Below, piece after piece: positions 8,924 to 17,277 of a stretch of 64,000 nt of DNA (position 1 is the stretch's first letter; each line of letters starts with the position of its first letter). Where the stretch lies: positions 364 to 64,363 of the forward strand of contig JAUXSB010000055.1 in the NCBI GenBank assembly GCA_030681595.1. The letters run 5' to 3'. The notes beneath the pieces are model-generated. The model saw only the letters and a program-made list of their open reading frames with translations, ran no database searches and was not told the DNA's origin. The stretch comes from Candidatus Omnitrophota bacterium. Its GTDB lineage: Bacteria; Omnitrophota; Gorgyraeia; Ghiorseimicrobiales; Ghiorseimicrobiaceae. The position numbers and the translations under genes are program-made.

Positions 8924-9799
8924 GTGGAGTTTAAATTTTTCCGCTTTTTAAAATTTCCCGTAATAGAAGCCCCTTACTGTCATATCGCGCTTGCCCCAAC
9001 GATATTTAATTTTTTCCACGCTCAATTTTTGGCTCTAACCAGCGGAAATTGGCATATCTGGGGTTTTCTCACCTTAGGTTTTTTATGGTTATTTTTGATT
9101 TTTACCATTGGGCAGGGGATTTGCTCATGGGTTTGCTTTTACGGCGGTATAGACGAGGCATTCTCTAAAATATTGCCAAAACCGTTAATAAAATTAAAAA
9201 TCAGCAAAAAGTGGCGCGATTTTCCTCTGGCTTTTTTGGTATTTCTTTTAGTGATTTCTATTTTTCATGGCGCGGCTATATTCTGCAGCTGGTTTTGCCC
9301 GTTAAAAATGACGCCGTCGTTCGGCGACAACCTGATTTTACCTCGCGCTATGCAGATATTCTTTTTCGTTTTTATCTTCGGTTTATTTTTGATTTTACTG
9401 CCTATCCTTACTAAAAAGCGCACGTTTTGCGGCTTTATCTGCCCTTTTGGGGCATTGGTATGTATCTGCGGGAATGTCAGCCCTTACCGCGTAACTATTG
9501 ATAAAGAAAAATGTACCCTTTGCAAGAAATGTGCTGAAATATGCCCGGTTTTGGCGATTGACGGCGAAGAATTAGTCGAAAAATATAAAATTTCCTCATA
9601 TTGCAACAAGTGCGGGAAGTGTATCGATGCTTGTCCTGCGCAGGCAATAGGCGTATCTATTTTAGGTAAAAAAGAAAAAGGCCTCTTAGCGAGGAACATT
9701 TTTATATTCATTGCTTTATTATTAACCGGTGTGATCTCGGGTAACTTTGTTCCGCAGGCAATATTAGGCTTAATTGAGGGGTTTAGATGGTTCAGGTGA
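8924..9799 (+). CDS. NapH/MauN-like membrane-bound polyferredoxin (2x[4Fe-4S]) with N-terminal CxxxCP motifs. Start is uncertain (alternative start in an AT-rich region).
   Basis: 'CSWVCFYGG', 'CSWFCPLK' and 'CGFICPFGALVC' membrane motifs. Two ferredoxin motifs 'CTLCKKCAEICP' and 'CNKCGKCIDACP'. Confidence 0.6.
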   Translation: MEFKFFRFLKFPVIEAPYCHIALAPTIFNFFHAQFLALTSGNWHIWGFLTLGFLWLFLIFTIGQGICSWVCFYGGIDEAFSKILPKPLIKLKISKKWRDFPLAFLVFLLVISIFHGAAIFCSWFCPLKMTPSFGDNLILPRAMQIFFFVFIFGLFLILLPILTKKRTFCGFICPFGALVCICGNVSPYRVTIDKEKCTLCKKCAEICPVLAIDGEELVEKYKISSYCNKCGKCIDACPAQAIGVSILGKKEKGLLARNIFIFIALLLTGVISGNFVPQAILGLIEGFRWFR

Positions 9800-10404
9800 T
9801 TATCGAGGGCCTATTGTTGGGGTTATCCAGCGGTGCTTATTGCCTTGGTAGCTGCCTTGCTTTTTTTATGCCTTATCTCTTAAGCGAGGCAGAGACAAAA
9901 ATAAGAGAAAATATTAAAAATATATTGTTTTTTGTCTTGGGGAGGTTCGTTTCTTACATTATTTTTGCTTTGATAATAGGTTTTCTTGGCCAAAGATTCC
10001 GCAATATTTTTAGCGTTAAATTTTCTCATGCCAGCTTAATCATTGTTTCGCTTTTAATGTTAGCGTATTCTTTCGGAAAAAATTTTAATGAATCAAAATT
10101 CTGCCGGTTTATTTTGCCGCGTTTTGTTTCTCCGCGCATGCCGTTTATCTTAGGCTTATTTTTAGGGCTTAACCCTTGTGTTCCGTTTTTTACTGCCGCG
10201 CTGCGTATCTGGACAATCGGCGATATTTTTTCCGGGGTAGTTTTATTTACGGCCTTTTTTGTAGGGACGTCCATTTATTTAATTCCCATAACAATGATTT
10301 CTTATTTAAACCGCATTGAACGCATAAAGCAAATCGGTGTGATACTTACGATGCTAAGCGGCCTATGGTTTTTATTTGTGGGAATTTCAGGGCTAATCGG
10401 CTAA
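9787..10404 (+). CDS. Integral membrane protein (about 6 TM) with conserved intramembrane Cys motifs ('AYCLGSC', 'NPCVP'). Function unknown, possibly a thiol/metal-handling partner of the upstream ferredoxin.
   Basis: Hydrophobicity pattern. Overlaps the upstream gene by 13 nt. Confidence 0.4.
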   Translation: MVQVIIEGLLLGLSSGAYCLGSCLAFFMPYLLSEAETKIRENIKNILFFVLGRFVSYIIFALIIGFLGQRFRNIFSVKFSHASLIIVSLLMLAYSFGKNFNESKFCRFILPRFVSPRMPFILGLFLGLNPCVPFFTAALRIWTIGDIFSGVVLFTAFFVGTSIYLIPITMISYLNRIERIKQIGVILTMLSGLWFLFVGISGLIG

Positions 10405-10407
10405 CCT

Positions 10408-12594
10408 ATGCTTAATTTCACATTTTTATATTACGGAATATTTACCATAATCGCGCAACTGTTGGTTCTTAGGGAGGTGGCGTTTCTTTTCTTTTCTAAT
10501 GAGTTATTTCTCGGCACATATTTGGCAGCATGGCTTTTTTGGGTGGGAATGGGGAACCTTTTTATAAAACGTTTGTTAAAGGATAAGGATGCAAAGGCTT
10601 TATTTTGCTATTCGTTTTTGGCTCTTTCCGTTTTTCTTCCTATACAAATCTTAGCCATACGTTCTCTAAAAGGTATCTTTTCTTTTGGAATGGTAGCCGG
10701 GCCGCTGGCGATGGTCGCGTTCGTTATGGTAGTAATGGGGCCTTTTTGTTTTATTGTCGGCAGCCAGTTTAGCCTGGCCTGCGCTGTCGCCAAAGGGGAA
10801 AACGCGCTTAGCAGGGTTTACCGCTATGAGACACTGGGTTCGGTCGCTGGAGGCATTGTATTTACGTATCTTTTGATCGGGATAGTGCCGATATTTATTG
10901 TTTCACTGTTTTTATCATTCGGCTGCATTATTTGCGCATTCATGCTTTGCGAAAGGCCGCGCCCTAAAGATCTAGTCTTAATTTTATCCGTTTTTTTTAT
11001 ATTGTTTGCCGCTTTTAAAACGGAAGGCATAGCTAATAAAATTCAGTGGCAGGGATATAAGCTTATATCCAATAAGGAAACGCGTAATGGCAATTTAGCC
11101 GTCACACAGATGGGAAGCGTAAAGAGCCTTTTTGTAGACGGGCTGATTTCGGCGAATTTTTCAAGCCCCGAAGCCGATGAGCCTCCGGCACACTGGCCCA
11201 TGCTTTCAGTAGATAAATTAGAGAATGTTTTAGTAATCGGTGAGCCGGGTTTATGGATGCTTAAAGAGATTTTAAAGCATAATCCCCGCCGCCTAGACTA
11301 TGTCGTTTTAGATAAAGTTTTTATTGATTTTGTCAGGCCACATTTAGAAAAAGAAGATATTCTGGCTTTAGAAGATGTGCGCGTGGCCATCCATTATAAG
11401 GATGCGAGGTTATTTATCAGGGATAAGATAAATATCGCCAGGTATAAACTGCAATCCAATTTTTTCTATGATGCCATAATTTTAAATATTCCTGAGATAG
11501 CCAGCCTTAAGCTGAATAGGTTTCATACGCAGGAATTTTATAAAGAGGCCAAATCAATGCTTAACACTAAAGGTATGTTTAGTGTTAATATTGCTTCCTC
11601 TGAAAATTACATATCTCGCGTAACTAGAAGATTTAACGCCTCGATTTTTGCGACACTTTCATCTATGTTTAATAATGTGGAAATTATTCCCGGTGATAAC
11701 CTTATTTTTCTGTCCAGTCAGTCAAAAATAAATTTGGACAACGAGGCAATCGTAGAACGTGTCTTTAGGCGAAAAATAATTACCAGGTATCTCAATAAAG
11801 CATATTTTGCCTATAAACTTGAGCCGTTAAGGCGTGAGGCGTTAAAAAAACTTTTGGTTAATGAAAAGGATGCAGAAATAAACAGAGATTTTAAGCCTAT
11901 CGCCGCTTATTATTTTTCCCGGTTTTGGCAGAGCAGGTTTTCTTCTGCGCCAAGCTATCTTATCGCATGCTTGGCATTTATTGCGTTATGCGCAGCCGTC
12001 TTTAAAAAGAGGAAAGTTTTTTTGGGGGTTATGGAGAGAAGGTGGTCTGTCCTGATATTTTTCTTGGGTTTTGCCTCTATTTTACTTGAGCTGGTTCTTA
12101 TCTTAAGCTTTCAGATTACATCCGGTATAGTTTACTGGCAGATGGGCGTACTTTTTGCGTCTTTTATGCTTGGCCTCTTTCTAGGAAGCAGTTTTGCTTC
12201 ATTATTAAATAATAAGAAGGCGCAAAATTATTTCCGTTATTTAGCATTGTTATCAATCGTATTTGCGGTTGTTAGCGCGGGGCTACGTTTTCTTTTTGCG
12301 TATCTTATTTATTTTCCAGTGCTAGTTAATACTCTGGTTTTTTCTTTACTGTTGATTTTTAACGGTATTATTGTCGGATGCGCGTTTGTTTTTGCCGGAT
12401 TTTTGTCACCACAGGGTACGCTAGAAAAGGCAGGGCATCTTTATTCAGCCGACCTTTGGGGCGCGGCCTTAGGAGCAATGCTAGCAGGTAACTTTATTAT
12501 TCCTTATTTGGGTTTGTTCGGGGCTTTAAATGTTTGTGTAGTTATAGTGCTTACGGGGCTGTCAATTTTTATCATCGGCAATGAAAAACATTAA
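10408..12594 (+). CDS. Polytopic membrane protein with an embedded spermidine-synthase-like (aminopropyltransferase-fold) domain.
   Basis: 728 aa. Central 'VLVIGEPGLWMLKEIL...VLDKVFIDF...IILNIPE...FHTQEFYKEAKSMLNTKGMFSVN' resembles SpeE-fold methyl/aminopropyl-transferases. Many TM helices on both sides. Confidence 0.6.
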   Translation: MLNFTFLYYGIFTIIAQLLVLREVAFLFFSNELFLGTYLAAWLFWVGMGNLFIKRLLKDKDAKALFCYSFLALSVFLPIQILAIRSLKGIFSFGMVAGPLAMVAFVMVVMGPFCFIVGSQFSLACAVAKGENALSRVYRYETLGSVAGGIVFTYLLIGIVPIFIVSLFLSFGCIICAFMLCERPRPKDLVLILSVFFILFAAFKTEGIANKIQWQGYKLISNKETRNGNLAVTQMGSVKSLFVDGLISANFSSPEADEPPAHWPMLSVDKLENVLVIGEPGLWMLKEILKHNPRRLDYVVLDKVFIDFVRPHLEKEDILALEDVRVAIHYKDARLFIRDKINIARYKLQSNFFYDAIILNIPEIASLKLNRFHTQEFYKEAKSMLNTKGMFSVNIASSENYISRVTRRFNASIFATLSSMFNNVEIIPGDNLIFLSSQSKINLDNEAIVERVFRRKIITRYLNKAYFAYKLEPLRREALKKLLVNEKDAEINRDFKPIAAYYFSRFWQSRFSSAPSYLIACLAFIALCAAVFKKRKVFLGVMERRWSVLIFFLGFASILLELVLILSFQITSGIVYWQMGVLFASFMLGLFLGSSFASLLNNKKAQNYFRYLALLSIVFAVVSAGLRFLFAYLIYFPVLVNTLVFSLLLIFNGIIVGCAFVFAGFLSPQGTLEKAGHLYSADLWGAALGAMLAGNFIIPYLGLFGALNVCVVIVLTGLSIFIIGNEKH

Positions 12595-13717
12595 ACTATA
12601 CCTTATTTTAGGAAGTAATATCTGTATTAGTTTAGCGGTTGCTTTTATAATTGCGGTTAGTCCGCCGCCTAATACCGTGCATAACCTTATTTCTCTTGAT
12701 AAAGAAATAATTAAGCCGGCAATGTGGGAAAAGTTTGAATGTCTTGGAGTGCAGTGTGAATTGTGCCCATTTCGCTGTTATCTCCCTGAAGGCGCCCGCG
12801 GGATATGCCGGGTGAGGATGAATGTGTCGGGCAAGTTAAAAACCCTTGTTTATAATCAACCGGTAAGCGTGCATATTGACCCTATTGAAAAAAAACCGGT
12901 ATATCATATGTTGCCGGGAAGCCGCATATTTTCTATTGCCACCGTCGGCTGTAATTTAAGGTGCGCCTTTTGCCAAAATTGGGAAATTTCGCAATGTTAT
13001 CCTGAACAGGCTACGGGTAGGATAATGACACCGCAGGAAGTAGTGGATGAGGCAGTAAAGTCGGGGTGTGATTCTATCGCTTATACTTATTCCGAACCGA
13101 TAGTTTTTTATGAATACGTTTTGGATACGGCAAAGCTTGCAAAAGAAAAGGGTTTAAAAAATGTTTTAGTCAGCGCCGGCTACATCAATAGCGAACCTTT
13201 AAGAAAACTTGCCCCTTATTTTGACGTGATTAAAATTGACTTAAAGGGATTTAGCGAAAAATTTTATCGGGAGGTGGTAGGCGGAGAGCTGAAGTTTGTA
13301 TTAGAAACGCTAAAAGAATTAAATAGGATGGGTGTCCTTGTTGAGGTGGTTAATCTTGTTGTGCCCACTTTAAATGACAATATGGATGAGATTAAAAAAA
13401 TGTGCCAATGGATTTATCAAAATTTAGGCCGGGATACGCCGTTGTTCTTCTCGCGGTTTGGCCCGCAATACCGCCTTACAAATCTGCCGCCTACGCCCAT
13501 AGAAACCCTGGAGAAAGCCCGCGACGTTGCCTTAAAAACAGGGCTTAGGTATGTATATATCGGAAATGTTACAGGGCATCCGTCAGAAAATACTTATTGC
13601 CCTGTCTGCGGAAAAATCCTTGTGCGCCGCTACGGTTACGCCATATTGGAAAATAATATTGCTAAAGACGGTAAATGTCCGTTTTGCGGCGAAAAAATTC
13701 CCGGAGTATGGGAGTAG
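12581..13717 (+). CDS. AmmeMemoRadiSam-system-type radical SAM enzyme (PFL-activase-like), with an N-terminal hydrophobic anchor.
   Basis: N-terminal Cys cluster 'CELCPFRCYLPEGARGICRVR'. Radical SAM 'CNLRCAFCQNW'. C-terminal 'CPVCG...CPFCG'. Overlaps the upstream gene by 14 nt. Confidence 0.7.
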   Translation: MKNIKLYLILGSNICISLAVAFIIAVSPPPNTVHNLISLDKEIIKPAMWEKFECLGVQCELCPFRCYLPEGARGICRVRMNVSGKLKTLVYNQPVSVHIDPIEKKPVYHMLPGSRIFSIATVGCNLRCAFCQNWEISQCYPEQATGRIMTPQEVVDEAVKSGCDSIAYTYSEPIVFYEYVLDTAKLAKEKGLKNVLVSAGYINSEPLRKLAPYFDVIKIDLKGFSEKFYREVVGGELKFVLETLKELNRMGVLVEVVNLVVPTLNDNMDEIKKMCQWIYQNLGRDTPLFFSRFGPQYRLTNLPPTPIETLEKARDVALKTGLRYVYIGNVTGHPSENTYCPVCGKILVRRYGYAILENNIAKDGKCPFCGEKIPGVWE

Positions 13718-13727
13718 GCCGTGGTTC

Positions 13728-13756
13728 TTGACAAATTCGTTTGATTAAGGTATACT
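13728..13756 (+). promoter_or_regulatory. Sigma-70-like promoter: TTGACA, 17-nt spacer, TATACT.
   Basis: 'ttgaca aattcgtttgattaagg tatact' read directly, about 100 nt upstream of the sirC-like ATG at 13858. Confidence 0.5.
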
Positions 13757-13857
13757 TTTGTTTTGCATAGCATTTATCCGCATAAGTATTTGCGAGGCAA
13801 GTAGTTAAAATTTTAAAAATATTTTTTTCTGCGAGTTTGTGAAAAAAATAACAATCT

Positions 13858-14496
13858 ATGCCTAAATATTATCCTATAAATCTAAATTTAGAAGGTAAAA
13901 AGTGCGTTGTGGTTGGCGCGGGTAGTGTTGCCGAACGTAAAGTAAGGCGCTTGCTTGAATGCGGCGCAAGAGTAGAAGTGGTCGCTCCCGTTGCCACAAG
14001 ACGATTAGAGAAATTGGCGCGCGCCGGAAAAATAACTTTAAAGAAAAAACATATAAGTTTAAGGGATATTGATAATTCTTTTTTGGTAATTTCTGCTACC
14101 GGCGATAGAAGAATTAATAATTTGGTATCGCGTTATTGTCAGGAAAACCGTATTTTGGTTAATGTGGCGGATTCTCCGTATGAATGTAATTTTACTTTGC
14201 CTTCGATAATCAAGCGAGGAGATTTGCTTATCGGTATATCTACTTCGGGCGCAAGCCCCGCGCTTGCCAAAAAAATCCGCAAGGACTTAGAGAAAATTTT
14301 TGGTAAAGAATATGCGGCATTCTTAAGCCTGATGAAGCGTCTTCGTCCGAAGGTAATCGCAAAAATTGAGAACTTGAATACCAGGAAAAAATTCTTTGAA
14401 AAGGCGGTTAGTCGCGGCATAATTCAATTATTAAAGAGAGGCAAAGAAAAACAGGTAAAAGGAAAATTGGAGCAGATGTTAAAAAATGTGCGTTAA
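13858..14496 (+). CDS. sirC: Precorrin-2 dehydrogenase / sirohydrochlorin ferrochelatase (SirC/Met8-like; CysG N-terminal domain).
   Basis: 'KKCVVVGAGSVAERKVRRLLECGARVEVVAP' Rossmann motif and overall CysG-N architecture. 212 aa. Confidence 0.75.
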   Translation: MPKYYPINLNLEGKKCVVVGAGSVAERKVRRLLECGARVEVVAPVATRRLEKLARAGKITLKKKHISLRDIDNSFLVISATGDRRINNLVSRYCQENRILVNVADSPYECNFTLPSIIKRGDLLIGISTSGASPALAKKIRKDLEKIFGKEYAAFLSLMKRLRPKVIAKIENLNTRKKFFEKAVSRGIIQLLKRGKEKQVKGKLEQMLKNVR

Positions 14497-14956
14497 TCCG
14501 TCAATAGATTTTATATTAGGCTGTAAAAGCACATACTTTCTCTTGCATATTATCGCAATCCATATAAGCTATTTGGCGTTTTTTTCTGCTTTTCTTTCCG
14601 CGCTGCTCTATCTAATTCAGGACAATAATTTAAAAAATAAAAAATTAAATTCCATGTTTAGCCGCCTGCCGGATTTATCTGTATTAGACAGATGGAATTA
14701 TATATCTATTGGCCTGGGTTTTCCCGTGCTGACGCTTTCGATTGTAGGCGGTTTACTTTGGCTTAAGGGTATTGCGGGAATTTATTGGGTGTGGAATACG
14801 CGCGTGATTTATTCGTTGGTTTTATGGCTTCTCTATGCCATTATCCTGCATGTAAGGTTATCTGCCAAAATGCGGGGAAGGAAAGTCGCGTATCTTTCTA
14901 TACTTGCCTTTTTTATCATCGTATTTAGTTTTTTCAGCGCTTGTTCATCCCGTTAG
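14486..14956 (+). CDS. HemX-like CcsA-family membrane protein (truncated cytochrome-c-assembly-like protein, as found upstream of hemA in hemAXCDBL operons).
   Basis: C-terminal similarity to the CcsA paralog at 29324 ('YAIILHVRLSAKMRGRKVAYLSILAF' versus '[26 protein letters not shown]'). The stop codon lies inside the TIR of the adjacent MITE. Confidence 0.6.
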   Translation: MCVNPSIDFILGCKSTYFLLHIIAIHISYLAFFSAFLSALLYLIQDNNLKNKKLNSMFSRLPDLSVLDRWNYISIGLGFPVLTLSIVGGLLWLKGIAGIYWVWNTRVIYSLVLWLLYAIILHVRLSAKMRGRKVAYLSILAFFIIVFSFFSACSSR

Positions 14957-15068
14957 AGATTACGGATAGAACTATATACGGACAATTAAGATATATAGAA
15001 CATGAGGTTATTGCGGTGGTTATAGTAAATAGACGCCCCGACAGATATCGGGGCTATCTCTAACGGGG
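14949..15068. mobile_element. MITE-like element, copy 2 (120 bp). TIRs 'cccgttagagat' and 'atctctaacgggg'. Subterminal hairpin 'tagacgccccgacagatatcggggct'.
   Basis: Same TIRs and hairpin as the other copies. The left TIR supplies the last codons and the stop (…cgt tag) of the hemX-like gene. Ends 5 nt before the hemA ATG. Confidence 0.6.
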
Positions 15069-15073
15069 CAAGA

Positions 15074-16138
15074 ATGAAGTTAATTGTTTTAGGAATAAAT
15101 CACAAAACAGCTCCGGTAGAAATCAGAGAAAAGCTGTCTTTTAGCGCTAACGAAGTTATCCGCGCTAATCGGTCGTTAAGAGACACGCTTTCTTTATCGG
15201 AATGCCTGATTTTGTCTACCTGCAACCGCGTTGAAATTTATGTTGTTGCGCGCGATGATTGCGCAGGTGGCATAAAGCGGTTTTTAAGTAAGTTGCGCAA
15301 TATAGAAATAAGCGAATTTGAAAAGCGGCTTTATATCTATGAAGATAGTGATGCGGTAAAGCACTTATTCCGCGTAGCCGCCGGGCTTGATTCTATGGTG
15401 ATAGGTGAGATGGAAATATTAGGCCAGGTTAAAATCGCCTATCAGGATGCATCCGAAAGTAAAACCTTAGGTAAATTATTAAACCGTTTGTTTCAAAAGA
15501 CATTTAATGCTGCCAAAAAAATCCGCACCGAAACTTTAATTACGCGCGGCTCGGTATCGGTTAGTTCGGTAACGGTGCGCCTGTCAGAGAAGATTCTCGG
15601 GCACTTAGCAGATAAAAAAGTTTTGGTTATCGGAGCAGGAACGATAGGGGAGCAGTTGCTGCGATACCTAAAAAAGAACGGCGTAAAGATTATTGTAGTC
15701 GCTAATCGTACATATGAAAAGGCATTGGTTTTAGCGGATAGATTCGGCGCAACTGCCATAAAATTTGATGATTTCCCGCAGGATTTAATCGACGCTGATA
15801 TCGTGATTAGCTCAACCGGTGCTCCGCATACGATAATCCATAAAGATGATGTTTTGCGCCTTATGCCTAAGCGCCATCAGCGGCCGCTTTTTTTTATTGA
15901 CTTGGCAGTCCCCCGTGACATAGAGGCAGAAGTAAATAAGATTGACAACGTATATCTTTATAATATAGATGATTTGCAGAAGATCGTAGACGAAAACCTG
16001 AGCTTACGTAAAAATGAATTGGATAGCTGTAATGAGATTATCGAGAGCGCAGCCCTGCATTTTAAAAACTGGTTGGTTAAAGAGAGCTTTACCCCGTTAG
16101 AGATGAGGTTGAGTCCGACGGAAGGCGAAATTCGTTGA
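15074..16138 (+). CDS. hemA: Glutamyl-tRNA reductase.
   Basis: 'MKLIVLGINHKTAPVEIREKLSF', 'CNRVEIY' and an NADPH-binding 'VLVIGAGTIGE'. The final ~15 codons ('FTPLEMRLSPTEGEIR') are encoded by MITE copy 3. Confidence 0.9.
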   Translation: MKLIVLGINHKTAPVEIREKLSFSANEVIRANRSLRDTLSLSECLILSTCNRVEIYVVARDDCAGGIKRFLSKLRNIEISEFEKRLYIYEDSDAVKHLFRVAAGLDSMVIGEMEILGQVKIAYQDASESKTLGKLLNRLFQKTFNAAKKIRTETLITRGSVSVSSVTVRLSEKILGHLADKKVLVIGAGTIGEQLLRYLKKNGVKIIVVANRTYEKALVLADRFGATAIKFDDFPQDLIDADIVISSTGAPHTIIHKDDVLRLMPKRHQRPLFFIDLAVPRDIEAEVNKIDNVYLYNIDDLQKIVDENLSLRKNELDSCNEIIESAALHFKNWLVKESFTPLEMRLSPTEGEIR

Positions 16139-16213
16139 TTATGGAAGCGCAATTTTTGTTAGCAAATTTATTTTGAATAGACGGCCATCTAAGGACGGCT
16201 ATCTCTAACGGGG
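16093..16213. mobile_element. MITE-like element, copy 3 (121 bp). TIRs 'ccccgttagagat' and 'atctctaacgggg'. Subterminal hairpin 'tagacggccatctaaggacggct'.
   Basis: Overlaps the 3' end of hemA (stop at 16138 is inside the element). Ends 11 nt before the hemC ATG. Confidence 0.6.
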
Positions 16214-16224
16214 CGAGAAGCATC

Positions 16225-17277
16225 ATGAAGAATAATTGTATAATTATCGGCTCACGCGGCAGTAAATTAGCGCTTGCGCAGGCAGAGTTAGTTAAAAATA
16301 ATCTTAAAAATAATTATTCGTTTTTAACAATAGAGGTTAAAGTAATTAAGACTACCGGCGATAAGATTTTAGATGTGCCGCTTGCTAAAATTGGGGATAA
16401 GGGGTTATTTACAAAAGAGCTGGAAGAGGCATTATTAAGAAGCGAAATTGATTTAGCGGTGCACAGTATGAAGGATTTGCCAACGGATATACCTAAGGCT
16501 CTAGAAATCGGCGCGATAACGGCGCGCGAAGAAGCATGCGATGTTTTGGTTTCTCGCGAAAGTTTTACTATTAAAGCTTTGCCGAATAATGTAAAAGTCG
16601 GAACCAGCAGCCTGCGCCGCAGAGCACAGCTTTTATCTTTAAGGCCGGATATCCAAGCATTGGATTTACGCGGAAATTTAGATACGCGCTTGGCGAAATT
16701 AGACAGCGGTTTATATGGCGCGATCATTCTTGCTTATGCCGGGATAAAGCGATTGGGGCTTAACCCCGTTAGAGATAATTTATCGACCTTATATATAGAT
16801 ACAAAACTTATTTTAGGAAGCGATAGCGTATCCGAAGGTCTTAGCGTTATAGACGGCCGCCTGCGGCGGCCTATCTCTAACGGGGTAAATTTATCTATGA
16901 CAAGGATATCTTTTGACGAGATGCTTCCGCAGGCAGGCCAGGGTGCCTTGGGGATTGAAACCCGTAAAGGTGATTTCGATGTGCTGAATTTAATTAAAAC
17001 CCTGGATGATAGCGATTCGCGTTTATGTATCGAGGCAGAGCGGGCTTTGCTTTCTGGGTTAGGCGGCGGATGCCAAGTGCCTATCGGCGTATATGCCAAG
17101 ATAGAAGGCGGCGATGTTAATATAAAAGCAGGCGTATTTTCTTTAGACGGCAAAACCGTAATTAAAGACGAAATCCGTGGTAAGAAGAATGAAGCTGTAG
17201 TACTAGGTAAGCAGCTGGCTGATTTGTTACTTAAAAAAGGCGCAAAAAATATTTTAGAAGAGGTTTATCATGCTTAA
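16225..17277 (+). CDS. hemC: Porphobilinogen deaminase (hydroxymethylbilane synthase), carrying an in-frame ~45-aa insertion encoded by a MITE-like element.
   Basis: 'LALAQAELV', 'GDKILDVPLAKIGDKGLFTKELE', 'VGTSSLRR' and 'GGCQVPIG' HemC motifs. 350 aa compared with ~310 aa typical. Confidence 0.85.
   Translation: MKNNCIIIGSRGSKLALAQAELVKNNLKNNYSFLTIEVKVIKTTGDKILDVPLAKIGDKGLFTKELEEALLRSEIDLAVHSMKDLPTDIPKALEIGAITAREEACDVLVSRESFTIKALPNNVKVGTSSLRRRAQLLSLRPDIQALDLRGNLDTRLAKLDSGLYGAIILAYAGIKRLGLNPVRDNLSTLYIDTKLILGSDSVSEGLSVIDGRLRRPISNGVNLSMTRISFDEMLPQAGQGALGIETRKGDFDVLNLIKTLDDSDSRLCIEAERALLSGLGGGCQVPIGVYAKIEGGDVNIKAGVFSLDGKTVIKDEIRGKKNEAVVLGKQLADLLLKKGAKNILEEVYHA
16764..16885. mobile_element. MITE-like element, copy 4 (~122 bp). 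Perfect 14-bp TIRs 'ccccgttagagata' and 'tatctctaacgggg'. Subterminal hairpin 'tagacggccgcctgcggcggcct'. Inserted in-frame inside hemC.
   Basis: TIRs read directly. The hemC ORF continues through the element without a stop, encoding 'NPVRDNLSTLYIDTKLILGSDSVSEGLSVIDGRLRRPISNGVNLSM'. Confidence 0.65.

Noticed and set aside
9211-9414. Alternative-frame ORFs (9211-9414, 13551-13748, 22370-22555, 25889-26077, 27263-27448, 31817-32038, 32350-32673, 35207-35401, 35531-35776, 42325-42507, 44148-44336, 48048-48251, 49287-49484) on the plus strand.
   Set aside because: Each overlaps a strongly supported CDS in another frame and shows no independent motif, RBS or codon-usage support.
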